A DNA stretch of 64,000 nucleotides from Candidatus Poribacteria bacterium (GCA_965198235.1 OZ240248.1:2176001-2240000); one strand, 5' to 3'. Shown: positions 49,563 through 59,316, numbered from the stretch's first letter. Translations and numbers: made by a program. Notes: generated from the sequence alone by a model not told the origin.

Positions 49563-49815
49563 TCGGGATTCGGAGATCCCTCCTACAGGAATCGTCAGGG
49601 GTCAGCAGTCGGCAAGAATCGCGAGCATGGGGGAAATCCGCAGGGAAACACCCTATCAAAAACCCCAGGCAATACGCAGAAATCCGCAGAAATCCACAGA
49701 AACACCCTATCAAAAACCCCTATCAAAAACCCCAAGCAAAAACACCCCAAGCAAACACACTCGCTCCTCCAATAGGATAGCAGTTAGGGGTCGGAATTCG
49801 GAGATCTCTTCTGCC
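49563..49815 (-). repeat. Composite repeat: two REP-like copies flanking shuffled internal modules of the dispersed element
   Basis: CCCTATCAAAAACCCC three times, CCCCAAGCAAA twice, CAATACGCAGAAAT; reverse complements of modules at about 13720-13755 and 43797-43815. Confidence 0.7.
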
Positions 49816-50134
49816 TAATAATTCTGTTCTTTTGACTTTCTTTGTCAGATGTGCTATTATCTTTATAACCTTTTGCTTTTTGTTAACGTGAGCTCGATAA
49901 TAAAAATTCAAGTGTGACCGTAGGTTGGGTTGAGCGGTGAATCAAAAAAATCTCCAGTCTATCAGCAAAATACTGATTTTCAAGAACACGTTCATCGAAA
50001 TAGACATAGCGAAATCCAACAAGCCAACCCTACCCGTCTGAGAATGTGTCGGGTTTCCAACTACATGCTTAGGTCGAGTTTACGTTTGTTACCTTAATTT
50101 TCAAAATTGTTCAAACTTTGGAATTGAGTAAAAA

Positions 50135-50992
50135 ATGAATATCAATCAGAAACAGGCAACTCCGCTATCACCTGAACAGATGGATCAGTGGGAAAACGAC
50201 GGATATTTGCTACTGAAAAACGTTGTTCCAGAATCTGCCATCAACGGTGTACGGGACAGTTTTGCCGGCATCGTGGATGGTATAATTCGTGAGTTGAAAG
50301 CGGACGGAATTATCGAAGATGAAGGGACAGACCTCCCTTTTGAAACGCGGTTTGCGCATATCGCTGGCGAGCATGCCAACCGATTTGGTCGTTCTTGGCG
50401 TAACCAAGTTGCGACACCTGAGGTTTTTGATTTGCACCACGCGCCTCTCCTCGTGGACGCAATCGGTCAACTCACAGGCACAGATGTCATCGGACATCCC
50501 GTTTTCAATGCCCGCCCCAAACTCCCCGGTCAGCAATTGACAGTCGTCCCATGGCATCAAGACAGCGGTTATTTCGGCACGGTAAGTGAGACTTCGCTCA
50601 TCCCGACTGCATGGATACCGTTGGTGCCGGTAGATGAGGCCAACGGTTGTTTGCAAGTGGTTGCAGGTTCACATCGATTAGGCGTGGTCGATCATCGGAC
50701 GGAAGAACGGGAGGGGAAGTTTCTTGAGGTAATGGATGAGCTTATCGAGAATTCTCGTGTCGTGACATGCCCAATGGAATTAGGGGATGCTTTGGTATTC
50801 CACAATTTGACGTTCCACCGATCGCTACCGCATACCACGAGCGAGGTCGTCCGTTGGGCGATTGACATCCGGTATCTCCGGGACGGCGACCATCCGGGCA
50901 CTATTTATTGGAAAGATCCGGATTTCAAGTGGGTCATCTGTAGTAAAACGCAACCTGTGACACCCGTTACACAATGGCTTGAAATGTGGTAG
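50135..50992 (+). CDS. Phytanoyl-CoA dioxygenase (PhyH) family protein
   Basis: PWHQD, NGCLQVVAGSH, HRS...RWAIDIRY. Confidence 0.9.
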   Translation: MNINQKQATPLSPEQMDQWENDGYLLLKNVVPESAINGVRDSFAGIVDGIIRELKADGIIEDEGTDLPFETRFAHIAGEHANRFGRSWRNQVATPEVFDLHHAPLLVDAIGQLTGTDVIGHPVFNARPKLPGQQLTVVPWHQDSGYFGTVSETSLIPTAWIPLVPVDEANGCLQVVAGSHRLGVVDHRTEEREGKFLEVMDELIENSRVVTCPMELGDALVFHNLTFHRSLPHTTSEVVRWAIDIRYLRDGDHPGTIYWKDPDFKWVICSKTQPVTPVTQWLEMW

Positions 50993-51005
50993 TGGACAGA
51001 AGTAT

Positions 51006-52016
51006 ATGAAACGTGTACCTTTTCAAACTTTACAAGGCGAATTTTATCGTGCGCTTGCAGCAATTGGATTTAGCGACGAGCGAGGGATGCTATGTGCACG
51101 GCTATTTGCCGAAAATCAACGCGATGGTGTATATTCGCATGGACTCAATCGTTTCTCTGGATTCGTTGCTGGACTGGAGAACAAACAGATCGATTTCCGG
51201 GCGCAGCCAGAGAAAATTGAAGGTTTCGGTGCGTTAGAACGCTGGGATGGCAAGATGGGGGTAGGGCTTGTCAACGCGCATTTCTGTATGCAACGGGCAA
51301 TGGAACTTGCGGAAGTACACGGCATCGGGTGCGTTGGACTTTCAAACACGAACCACTGGATGCGTGGCGGTGCCTACGCTCTACAAGCCGCGGAAGCCGG
51401 ATACATCGGGATATGTTGGACGAATACAACTCGACTTATGCCACCGTGGGGTTCTGCGGAAAAAAAGATCGGGAACAATCCGATGGCGATTGGCATTCCG
51501 AGAGAAGACGGACACATTCTCCTGGATATGGCGATGAGCCAATACTCAAACGGGAAATTGGAAGTGCTGCAGCTGCAAGGGAAGCAATTGCCGTTACCGG
51601 GTGGGTACGACACCAACGGAGAACTAACGGTTGAACCGGGGGAGATTCTTGATTCTGCAAGGGCACTTCCCATCGGCTATTGGAAAGGGTCGGGCTTGGC
51701 ACTGGTGCTCGACACAATGGCATCCGTTATTTCCGGTGGACAAGCTACACACGAAATCGGAAAGCAGGGCTCGGAATACGCCGTTTCTCAGGTGTATATT
51801 GCTATTAACGCTACCGGAATGATGGGACAAGCGGCGTTGGACGAAACGGTCGCAGCGATTGTTGACGACTTCCGGACGGCTGTCCCTTTAGACGAAAATG
51901 AGCGCGTGAGGTATCCGGGGGAAGGTATGCTGCGGACACGGCAGGAAAGTCTTGAAAAAGGGGTCCTTGTGGATGAGGTACAGTGGCAGGCGTTAGTAGA
52001 GATGACCGTCACTTAA
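51006..52016 (+). CDS. yiaK: 3-dehydro-L-gulonate 2-dehydrogenase (Ldh_2 family, YiaK/DlgD)
   Basis: GVYSHGLNRF, NTNHWMRGG, DMAMSQYS, PIGYWKGSGL, RYPG. Confidence 0.9.
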   Translation: MKRVPFQTLQGEFYRALAAIGFSDERGMLCARLFAENQRDGVYSHGLNRFSGFVAGLENKQIDFRAQPEKIEGFGALERWDGKMGVGLVNAHFCMQRAMELAEVHGIGCVGLSNTNHWMRGGAYALQAAEAGYIGICWTNTTRLMPPWGSAEKKIGNNPMAIGIPREDGHILLDMAMSQYSNGKLEVLQLQGKQLPLPGGYDTNGELTVEPGEILDSARALPIGYWKGSGLALVLDTMASVISGGQATHEIGKQGSEYAVSQVYIAINATGMMGQAALDETVAAIVDDFRTAVPLDENERVRYPGEGMLRTRQESLEKGVLVDEVQWQALVEMTVT

Positions 52017-52030
52017 AGTTAGTCCCAGGT

Positions 52031-52122
52031 GCGTAGCTTGGAACGAAGTGGAAAGCGGATATACGTAAAGGAACATTCAAACACAAACCTACCTGACCGA
52101 ACCGCAAGGAAAATTAAAAAAA
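52031..52122 (+). repeat. Dispersed hairpin element (AACCGCAAGG family)
   Basis: GTAGCTT-GGAACGAAGTGGA-AAGC-GGATATACG...GACCGAACCGCAAGGAAAATTAAAAAAA. Confidence 0.85.
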
Positions 52123-52230
52123 TATTTTTGGCTTGCACTCTTTTTGTATCGGCGTATAATACATCTTAATACGAAATCTGCAAACTATACCCTAAGCAAC
52201 CACGCATAAACTGAATTTGGGAGATAACTC

Positions 52231-53355
52231 ATGACATTACGGGCGGGGATTGTCGGTTGTGGCGGAATTAGCCGGAGCCACGCGGGCGCGCACGCGAACT
52301 TGGAAGGGATTGATCTCGTCGCGATGTGCGACATCAATCGCGATGCGCTCAACAACCGTGCCGACGAATACGGTGTCTCAAACCGATATACCGATTACGA
52401 AGAGATGTTCGCACGCGAGAAACTCGATATCGTGAGTGTGTGTACACACGCACCGTTACACGCTCCGATAGCAATTGCTGCCGCAAAAGCAGGCATCCAC
52501 GTTTTATGTGAGAAGCCGTTATCTGTTGATTTGGAAACAGCGGATCAAATGTTCACAGCGTGTCGTGAGGCAGGTGTGCACTTGGCGGTCAGTCATCAGT
52601 TCCGATTTACACCACTCTTTCGGCACGCGAAATCTCTGGTCGATGCGGGTAAAATCGGTGAACTCCGTTCAATTCGAGAAGTCGGCAAAGGACGTGAAGC
52701 GGGATTCGAGTTGATGGAAATGGGTGTACACTATTTTGACGAGATGGATTTCTTCTTAGACGGCATCTCTTGGATTCAGGCACATATCACATATCAGGGG
52801 CACGATGTGACAGAGAGCGACATTATGCACAGCAGTGAGTTGTGCAAAACCGACCGGCGCGACAATGGCATCGTCGCGGGAGATACGATGCTCGTGCATA
52901 TCGGCGGTGGGAACAGTGCCTACGGCATTATGGAACTTTACTGTCGCGAACCCAGACACGGTTGGATGATGGGACCGCATCTGCTCGGTTCAGAGGGGCA
53001 ATTGATGGTAAAACCGCACCCAGACACCGGTATAGATGAAATGTGGTACTGTCCCTTTGATGTCTCTTTTGCGGCACATACACCCGCATGGGAACAGATA
53101 GAACTTGACGCATCAGCGTTTCTAATCTCTGGTAAAGCGTGGCAGTCGCGCCACACTATCTGGAGTGCGAAAAATATACGAGATGCAATTCTTAACGAAA
53201 ACCAACCAGAGCTCGGTGGACGCAACGCGCTTACATCCCTTGAGTGTGTCAGTGCAACCTACGTCTCCCATTTCAGTGGGCAAAAGGTGCAACTGCCGTT
53301 AGAGGAGCGGAGTCATCCGCTTGTGAAACGTCTTAACAGAGGAGCAAATAACTGA
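52231..53355 (+). CDS. Gfo/Idh/MocA family oxidoreductase
   Basis: GIVGCGGI, HVLCEKP. Confidence 0.9.
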   Translation: MTLRAGIVGCGGISRSHAGAHANLEGIDLVAMCDINRDALNNRADEYGVSNRYTDYEEMFAREKLDIVSVCTHAPLHAPIAIAAAKAGIHVLCEKPLSVDLETADQMFTACREAGVHLAVSHQFRFTPLFRHAKSLVDAGKIGELRSIREVGKGREAGFELMEMGVHYFDEMDFFLDGISWIQAHITYQGHDVTESDIMHSSELCKTDRRDNGIVAGDTMLVHIGGGNSAYGIMELYCREPRHGWMMGPHLLGSEGQLMVKPHPDTGIDEMWYCPFDVSFAAHTPAWEQIELDASAFLISGKAWQSRHTIWSAKNIRDAILNENQPELGGRNALTSLECVSATYVSHFSGQKVQLPLEERSHPLVKRLNRGANN

Positions 53356-54204
53356 ATGAAACTTGCATTCTTTAATGATTACCAACTCGGTGTAATAACA
53401 GAAGATGGGATCGTTGACATCAGCGGTGCACTCAGTAGCGTTTCGTATCGGACACCGCAAGAACTGATACGAACGGTGATTGAGGACTTTGATAATCTGC
53501 GTCCGACAATAGAGGGCGCGGTTGAAAACGGCACTGCCATCGCTTTGGACAGCGTCAGCTTTAAAGCACCGGTCCCGCGTCCCGGACAACTCGTCTGCCT
53601 TGCAGGCAATTACATTGAACCGGATAGTCCGTCGCGAGAGGATTTCAATGCCTTTCTGAAGTCGCCGACCGGTATCATTGCCACGAAGGGGAGGGTGGAA
53701 CTTCCAGAAGCGGACGTGACCGTGTTTCACTTTGAACCGGAATTAGCGATTGTGATTGGTAAAACGGCGAAGCATCTATCCGAAGATAACGCCTTAGACT
53801 GTGTCTTTGGTTACACGCAATTTATTGATGTTTCTGCGCGGGGATTGCCTGGCGGTTTCTTCTTAGGAAAAAGTTGGCACACGTTTGCACCGATGGGTCC
53901 AGCGATCGTTACTGCTGACGAAGTGGGTGACGGGAACGCACTCGGCGTGCAACTCTGGATTAACGACGGTCTCCAGCACGATTTCTCTACAAATTCCATG
54001 GCACGCTTTATCCCCGAATTGCTCGCAGAGGTGACCAATGTGGTAACGCTTGAACCGGGCGATGTTGTATCGACGGGGACGCACCATGAGGCACTCACCG
54101 CTATTGGAGACGGAGACACGGTAAAATTATCAGTAGAAAGTTTCGGTCCAGAGTTAAGCGTTAGCGTGAGCGACCCATTAAAGCGGACGACTTGGCGCGG
54201 TTAG
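53356..54204 (+). CDS. Fumarylacetoacetate hydrolase family protein
   Basis: AGNY, EPELAIVIG, DVSAR, GKS, LEPGDVVSTGT. Confidence 0.9.
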   Translation: MKLAFFNDYQLGVITEDGIVDISGALSSVSYRTPQELIRTVIEDFDNLRPTIEGAVENGTAIALDSVSFKAPVPRPGQLVCLAGNYIEPDSPSREDFNAFLKSPTGIIATKGRVELPEADVTVFHFEPELAIVIGKTAKHLSEDNALDCVFGYTQFIDVSARGLPGGFFLGKSWHTFAPMGPAIVTADEVGDGNALGVQLWINDGLQHDFSTNSMARFIPELLAEVTNVVTLEPGDVVSTGTHHEALTAIGDGDTVKLSVESFGPELSVSVSDPLKRTTWRG

Positions 54205-54250
54205 GATATTTGTAGCTCAGGTTTTTGTTCGCGATCTGTGCAAAAAAGTG

Positions 54251-54280
54251 TTGACAACTGTTTCAATTTATGTGTATAAT
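54251..54280 (+). promoter_or_regulatory. sigma70-type promoter with extended -10
   Basis: TTGACA, 18 bp spacer, TGTG-TATAAT. Confidence 0.7.
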
Positions 54281-54429
54281 AGTTCAAGGCGTAATTTAGA
54301 GACTTCCCTCTAATCCACGAAATTCTTCTTTTAATAGCAAGTTTTGGCTTGCGAACTGTGCCACTTTTAACAGTAAGATTTGGAACGGTCCGGAATGAGA
54401 ACCTTTCTGACCATAAGGAGACTGAATTA

Positions 54430-55356
54430 ATGAAAAAACCCAGAAACATAGCCGTGCTCGCTGTCCTCACGATTGTCTGCGCGTGGATGGCAGGATGTGC
54501 TGGCTGTAATCCAGAACCGTTACCCAGCGGAATGGGTCCTACAGAGGGACCTGAAACCGGCGGGACGACTGTCCAGATTACTGGCGAAAAATTTGATATG
54601 AAAAACGGCGTAACCGTGACGTTCGGTGGGAAAAATGCGCAAAGTGTAACTGTCCCAAGTGAAATGCAAATCACGGCAGTGACTCCCGGCGGCATGGCGG
54701 GAGAATCTGTGTCCGTCGTCGTTACGAATAAAGGAAAACCTGAAGTACCGGTCACGCTTTCACAGAAATTTACTTACACCGACGCGACCCCGCCGACAGT
54801 GACAATGAATGAACCTGTAGATGGCACAGTCATCTCTGAGTACGAGGATTCGCTGAATGTAATGAATAGTCTATCGGTTTCGTTCAGTGAACCGATTGAC
54901 AGCAATAGCGTCTCTGTGGATGTGGCAGTCACGAAAACGGAAGATTCAATGAGTGAACCGATGAACGGAATGCTGTCAGGTACAGTGAGCGGAAGCGGCG
55001 ATTCGGTGACGTTTACATCCGATATGCCGATGCGCGCAGGACGTATGTACACCGTGACTGTCTCCGGTGCCACCGATATGGCAGGCAATGCCCTCGCAAG
55101 TTCACACAGTTTCAGTTTCAGCATCACCAATCCTGAGGTACTTTACAAGTACCATGTGCGGGAAGAGGATATTCAGGAAGAAAATGGCGAAGCGGCACTC
55201 AAGCGAATCGCCGCGCGTCCTGAGATTTTCGATGATGCAGAGATGTGGAAGCGATTAGTTGCCGCGAATCAGGACGATTATATCTTTGATCGGAGCAAAC
55301 TGAGTGTGGGACAACTGTTATTGATTCCACGTGGCCGTGCTTGGGGCGATAAATAG
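54430..55356 (+). CDS. Lipoprotein with IPT/TIG, SbsA-type Ig-like and LysM-like domains
   Basis: TAAGGAG RBS; MAGC lipobox; GP..GGT.V.ITG..F; FSEPID..DMAGN; LSVGQLLLIP. Confidence 0.8.
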   Translation: MKKPRNIAVLAVLTIVCAWMAGCAGCNPEPLPSGMGPTEGPETGGTTVQITGEKFDMKNGVTVTFGGKNAQSVTVPSEMQITAVTPGGMAGESVSVVVTNKGKPEVPVTLSQKFTYTDATPPTVTMNEPVDGTVISEYEDSLNVMNSLSVSFSEPIDSNSVSVDVAVTKTEDSMSEPMNGMLSGTVSGSGDSVTFTSDMPMRAGRMYTVTVSGATDMAGNALASSHSFSFSITNPEVLYKYHVREEDIQEENGEAALKRIAARPEIFDDAEMWKRLVAANQDDYIFDRSKLSVGQLLLIPRGRAWGDK

Positions 55357-55379
55357 GCAAGAATTCATAACGAAGATCG

Positions 55380-55410
55380 AAAAGCCGTGTACCCGCTACA
55401 CGGCTTTTTT
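55380..55410 (+). terminator. Intrinsic terminator
   Basis: AAAAGCCGTGTA-CCCGC-TACACGGCTTTTTT. Confidence 0.85.
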
Positions 55411-55430
55411 GTTTATCAACAGAGGAAATC

Positions 55431-57191
55431 ATGTTTGGTCCGCAAAGAAATTTTGAGAATCGTATCGTCGAATACCGAAGCAATGTAGTGGGTATCAAGC
55501 ATCTTCACCGATTAAATCCACCGCTTACGAACCTATCGCGACCGCAGCCGAATCAACCGATTGGCATTTACGTGACAACGTCTGGTGGTGTCGCCTACGA
55601 TTCGGTTCGCTGTTGGGTGGATGCAGATGATGAGGAATCTACGTTTGAACTCGTGTCGAGTGGTTCGGTATGGGACGCACTTGAATGGCGATATGTGCAC
55701 CACTGGCAGGGACAGATCCCACCACAACCGAACGGCACGACAGTGCGTTACCGGATCGGCGGGCGCGTTACCGGTTCAAATAGATGGATTTTTGCGGATA
55801 ACCAAGCGCGGGTGTTATCCGAATCAACCGAATTCGCCATCTCTATTGACGACTACGACGTGCCGAAGTGGGTCCGCGATGCCGTTATCTATCACATCTT
55901 CCTGGATCGATTCTATCCAGGGGACGGTGTGCCGTGGAAGAAACCGACAAACCTCTCTGGGTTTTTCGGTGGAACGCTCCGCGGGGCAATTCAAAAGCTT
56001 GACTACATTCAATCACTTGGATGCAATGCAGTGTGGCTCTCCCCTCTCTTTGCAAGCCCGTCTCACCACGGCTACGATGGGACAGATTATTACACCGTTG
56101 AACCTCGATTCGGCACAAACGCGGAACTGATAGAGCTCATCGAAAAGGCGCATCAGCGTGGTATGCGGATTATTCTCGATTTTGTTGCCAACCACTGGTC
56201 CAACCAGCATCCAACGTTTCAAGCGGCGCAACATGACCCAGACAGCGAGTATCGAGCGTGGTACACATGGCAGCGCTGGCCCGATGAATACACAAGTTTC
56301 TTCGGTGTAAAGGGGATGCCACAGCTGAACTTAAAACACAAACCGACGAGCGATTATTTGTTAAGGTGTGTACAGCATTGGCTGCGTAAAGGTGTTGATG
56401 GCTACCGACTTGACTATGCTCCGGGTCCGCCACGGACCTTCTGGGCAGATTTCCGCCAAGCATGTAAAGCCGTGAACCCTGACGCTCTTCTGTTTGGGGA
56501 GGTCGTAAGTCATTCGGAAGTGATCGCGTCCTATATTCCACATTTTGATGGATGCCTTGATTTTCTACTTGCAGATGCGCTCCGGCGAACCTTTGTCCTT
56601 GAAACTTCGACACCGCTGGAATTTGAAGCGTTTTTAGCAGCGCATGAAATGTACTTCCCAAAGGATTTCTCGCTTCCAGCATTTCTGGATAACCACGATA
56701 TGACCCGAATTCTCTATTTGGCGGGAGAGGATAAGGCGAAAGTCAGGTTGGCGGCGTTGGTGCTGTTCACACTCTCCGCACCACCTGTGATTTACAACGG
56801 AACTGAGGTGGGAGTTTCACAAAGAAACCCACTTGGGCGTTTCGAGGAGGCGCGATTACCGATGCCGTGGGGGGATGAAGCAGACGAAAGCTTGTTGGAC
56901 TATTTCCGACGTTTGGGAGCGTTACGGAAGCAGTTTTCGGTGCTTGCTTCTGGTAGACGAAAAGTTGTTCATCTGAACCTTCAAAAGAGGACTTATGCAT
57001 ATCTGCGCACTTCAAAAACGGATTCTATCCTAATCGCATTGAATACGAGTCGACGTTCTCAAACAATCGATGTTCCGATTTCGTCGTTTCAAACTTCTGT
57101 GGGAGACCTACTCAATGGAAACCGGGTGACAGTATCAGGGGATTCCGTAAGCGTTTCACTTCCAGCACAAAGTGGAGCGTTTATCGCCTGA
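55431..57191 (+). CDS. GH13 alpha-amylase family enzyme (neopullulanase/cyclomaltodextrinase-like)
   Basis: DFVANH, GYRLDYA, GEV and FLDNHD catalytic regions. Confidence 0.92.
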   Translation: MFGPQRNFENRIVEYRSNVVGIKHLHRLNPPLTNLSRPQPNQPIGIYVTTSGGVAYDSVRCWVDADDEESTFELVSSGSVWDALEWRYVHHWQGQIPPQPNGTTVRYRIGGRVTGSNRWIFADNQARVLSESTEFAISIDDYDVPKWVRDAVIYHIFLDRFYPGDGVPWKKPTNLSGFFGGTLRGAIQKLDYIQSLGCNAVWLSPLFASPSHHGYDGTDYYTVEPRFGTNAELIELIEKAHQRGMRIILDFVANHWSNQHPTFQAAQHDPDSEYRAWYTWQRWPDEYTSFFGVKGMPQLNLKHKPTSDYLLRCVQHWLRKGVDGYRLDYAPGPPRTFWADFRQACKAVNPDALLFGEVVSHSEVIASYIPHFDGCLDFLLADALRRTFVLETSTPLEFEAFLAAHEMYFPKDFSLPAFLDNHDMTRILYLAGEDKAKVRLAALVLFTLSAPPVIYNGTEVGVSQRNPLGRFEEARLPMPWGDEADESLLDYFRRLGALRKQFSVLASGRRKVVHLNLQKRTYAYLRTSKTDSILIALNTSRRSQTIDVPISSFQTSVGDLLNGNRVTVSGDSVSVSLPAQSGAFIA

Positions 57192-57208
57192 GATGTAGAG
57201 TAAAAAAG

Positions 57209-57255
57209 AAGAAGGGAACCGACAACCATGGAATGTTGTTCTCGATTCCCTTCTT
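57209..57255. terminator. Probable bidirectional terminator between convergent genes
   Basis: AAGAAGGGAA...TTCCCTTCTT inverted repeat. Confidence 0.6.
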
Positions 57256-57275
57256 ATAGGTGTTATGAGATGTGA

Positions 57276-58087
57276 CTATTGAACATCCCCGCCATTGGCA
57301 TCGGCACCGTTCGTGCCACCGTTAGCATCAGCACCATTGTCATCGGCACCATTGCCAGTATCAGCATCACCGGCATCAGCATCACCGGTTCCGGCATCGC
57401 CAGTATCACCGGCATCAGTGTCGGGCATATCTGGCATATCTGGTGTTTCACCAGTATCGGCATCGGGCATATCTGGCATATCTGGTTCTTTATCCATGGA
57501 TAGTGATACGAAGACGCTGTCATTATCGGCTTTGGCGTGGCAGCCGTGGCAACCCATGCTCTTCTCTAAGCTGCCGCCACCGACCATCATGTACTCGTCC
57601 GATTCAGATGCCCGGGCATACTTAACATACATCCAACCATTGTGGTCGGCGTACATCGGATCGTCGGTTTTCGTCATCAGTGCTTTCTTCTGGACAAAGG
57701 TGTTGGCATCATCCATAATTGTCTTGACGATCATGGTCCCGGCGGGATAAGCTGTGCCTTCCATGTTCGCCATGGCACCGATATCATTGATATAGGCGGT
57801 GCGAGTTCCTTCGCCGTGTGCGGCACCGGTTCCCCCAGGGTTCATGGCAGCAGCAGCTTCTGCTACGGTCATCGTCGGTGCTGGAAGTTCAACGCTCGCC
57901 CAAGACATGTACATTGTCGAGTCCATCATATCCGTCATCATTTTCATCATATCGTCAGCAGCCATCATGCCATCGGTAGCCATCATGTCATCGGCGACAG
58001 GTGCCAACATTTTCTGTCCTCTTTCACAGGATACGAAGGCGACAGAAGCGATTAGATCGCAATCAAGGCTATCTGAACTTTTAACAT
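57276..58087 (-). CDS. Cytochrome P460-like c-type heme lipoprotein with Met/Asp-rich linkers; 1 bp frameshift in the signal peptide near 58055
   Basis: YPAGTMIVK, GWMYVKY, CHGCH..DSVF; adding one base restores MLKVQIALIAILIASVAFVSC after an AAGGAG RBS. Confidence 0.75.
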
Positions 58088-58400
58088 TATTAAAACTCCT
58101 TATTCTGTTAGAGTGAAGATCGAAGAAGAGTTGTAGGCTTTTAAGCGACAAAACCCATCCACTTCATTGTGGTACTCTTCGAGATCACATGCTACATAAC
58201 TTCACTTTAAATGATACAATATTTCCGCTTTAATTTTCAAGAGAAATACAACGTAGAGGATCGCTGTTCGGAGATTGACCCTACCGTAATGTAAGTTTTA
58301 TATAAAGATTTGGTCCTTGTGGATTGGAGAACAAAAAGGAATCAATAACTACAAAATGCGGTTACTAATTCCTTTTTAGAGATGTTATGAAATGGAACTA

Positions 58401-58787
58401 TTAGGCATCGCCATTCATGTCTTCTTCCATCATGTCTTCTTCCATCATGTCTTCTTCCATCATGTCGTCGTCCATCATGCCGTCGTCCATCATGTCTTCT
58501 TCCATCATGTCTTCTTCCATCATGTCGTCGTCCATCATGCCGTCGTCCATCATGTCGTCGTCCATCATGCCGTCGTCCATCATGTCGTCGTCCATCATGC
58601 CGTCGTCCATCATGTCGTCGTCCATCATGCCATCATCTGTCATCATGCCGTCGTCCATCATTTCCGAGCCGCTGCCGTCCATCATGTCATCCGTAACCGG
58701 TGTCATGATCTGCTGAGCTCTCTCGCAAGATACAAAGGCAAAACAACAAACCAAAATGGCGATTAAAATCATCTGAAACTTTAGCAT
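58401..58787 (-). CDS. Lipoprotein made almost entirely of Met-Met-Asp/Glu pentapeptide repeats
   Basis: AAGGAG RBS, FVSC lipobox, 15 bp tandem repeat encoding MMDDG/MMDDD/MMEED. Confidence 0.85.
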   Translation of the reverse strand: MLKFQMILIAILVCCFAFVSCERAQQIMTPVTDDMMDGSGSEMMDDGMMTDDGMMDDDMMDDGMMDDDMMDDGMMDDDMMDDGMMDDDMMEEDMMEEDMMDDGMMDDDMMEEDMMEEDMMEEDMNGDA

Positions 58788-59316
58788 TGTTAGTGCTCCT
58801 TATTTTTTATTCCAAAGTAGGAAGTTAAGAAGAGCCACATATCTCTTGGTAAGGTTTTAAAGCGATAAAGCCTGTTTACTTTAGCGCGGGACTCTCCAAA
58901 TCCATTAGTATAACCTAAGTTACTATCTAAGCGAAACAACTTAATCAATCATATTAAATCGCTTCATATCAGCCTTACAGATTAACATAATTGATTTTAA
59001 ATGCGCTAACACGTTTCAATTATACATTACCCGACTTAGAAGTCAAGTTAAATCTATAGTAAAGGATGCCAAATTCGCTTGAAAAAATACAACTTACCTA
59101 AGTTTCGCTCTACATCAAAATCACCAGAAGTTGTAAGCACAGATTTCCTTAGGACTTTAAGGTAAAAGCATCCACTGATTTTCAAGCAAATTACCTTTGA
59201 ACATCTGTAATTCTTTAGGTGGCGATTTGGGTTACCATATAATTTTAGGAAATAATAGCATATCTTCATTTAATTTTCAGCAAAAAATGCAGAAGCGCGC
59301 TATATGGAAATTGCCT

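Noticed and set aside
58420-58690. 15 bp tandem repeat as a non-coding VNTR or CRISPR
   Set aside because: It is fully explained by the coding pentapeptide repeat
58392-58766. His-rich and Ser-rich plus-strand ORFs
   Set aside because: Antisense readings of the 15 bp repeat; the minus-strand frame has an RBS, a lipobox and a paralogous N-terminus
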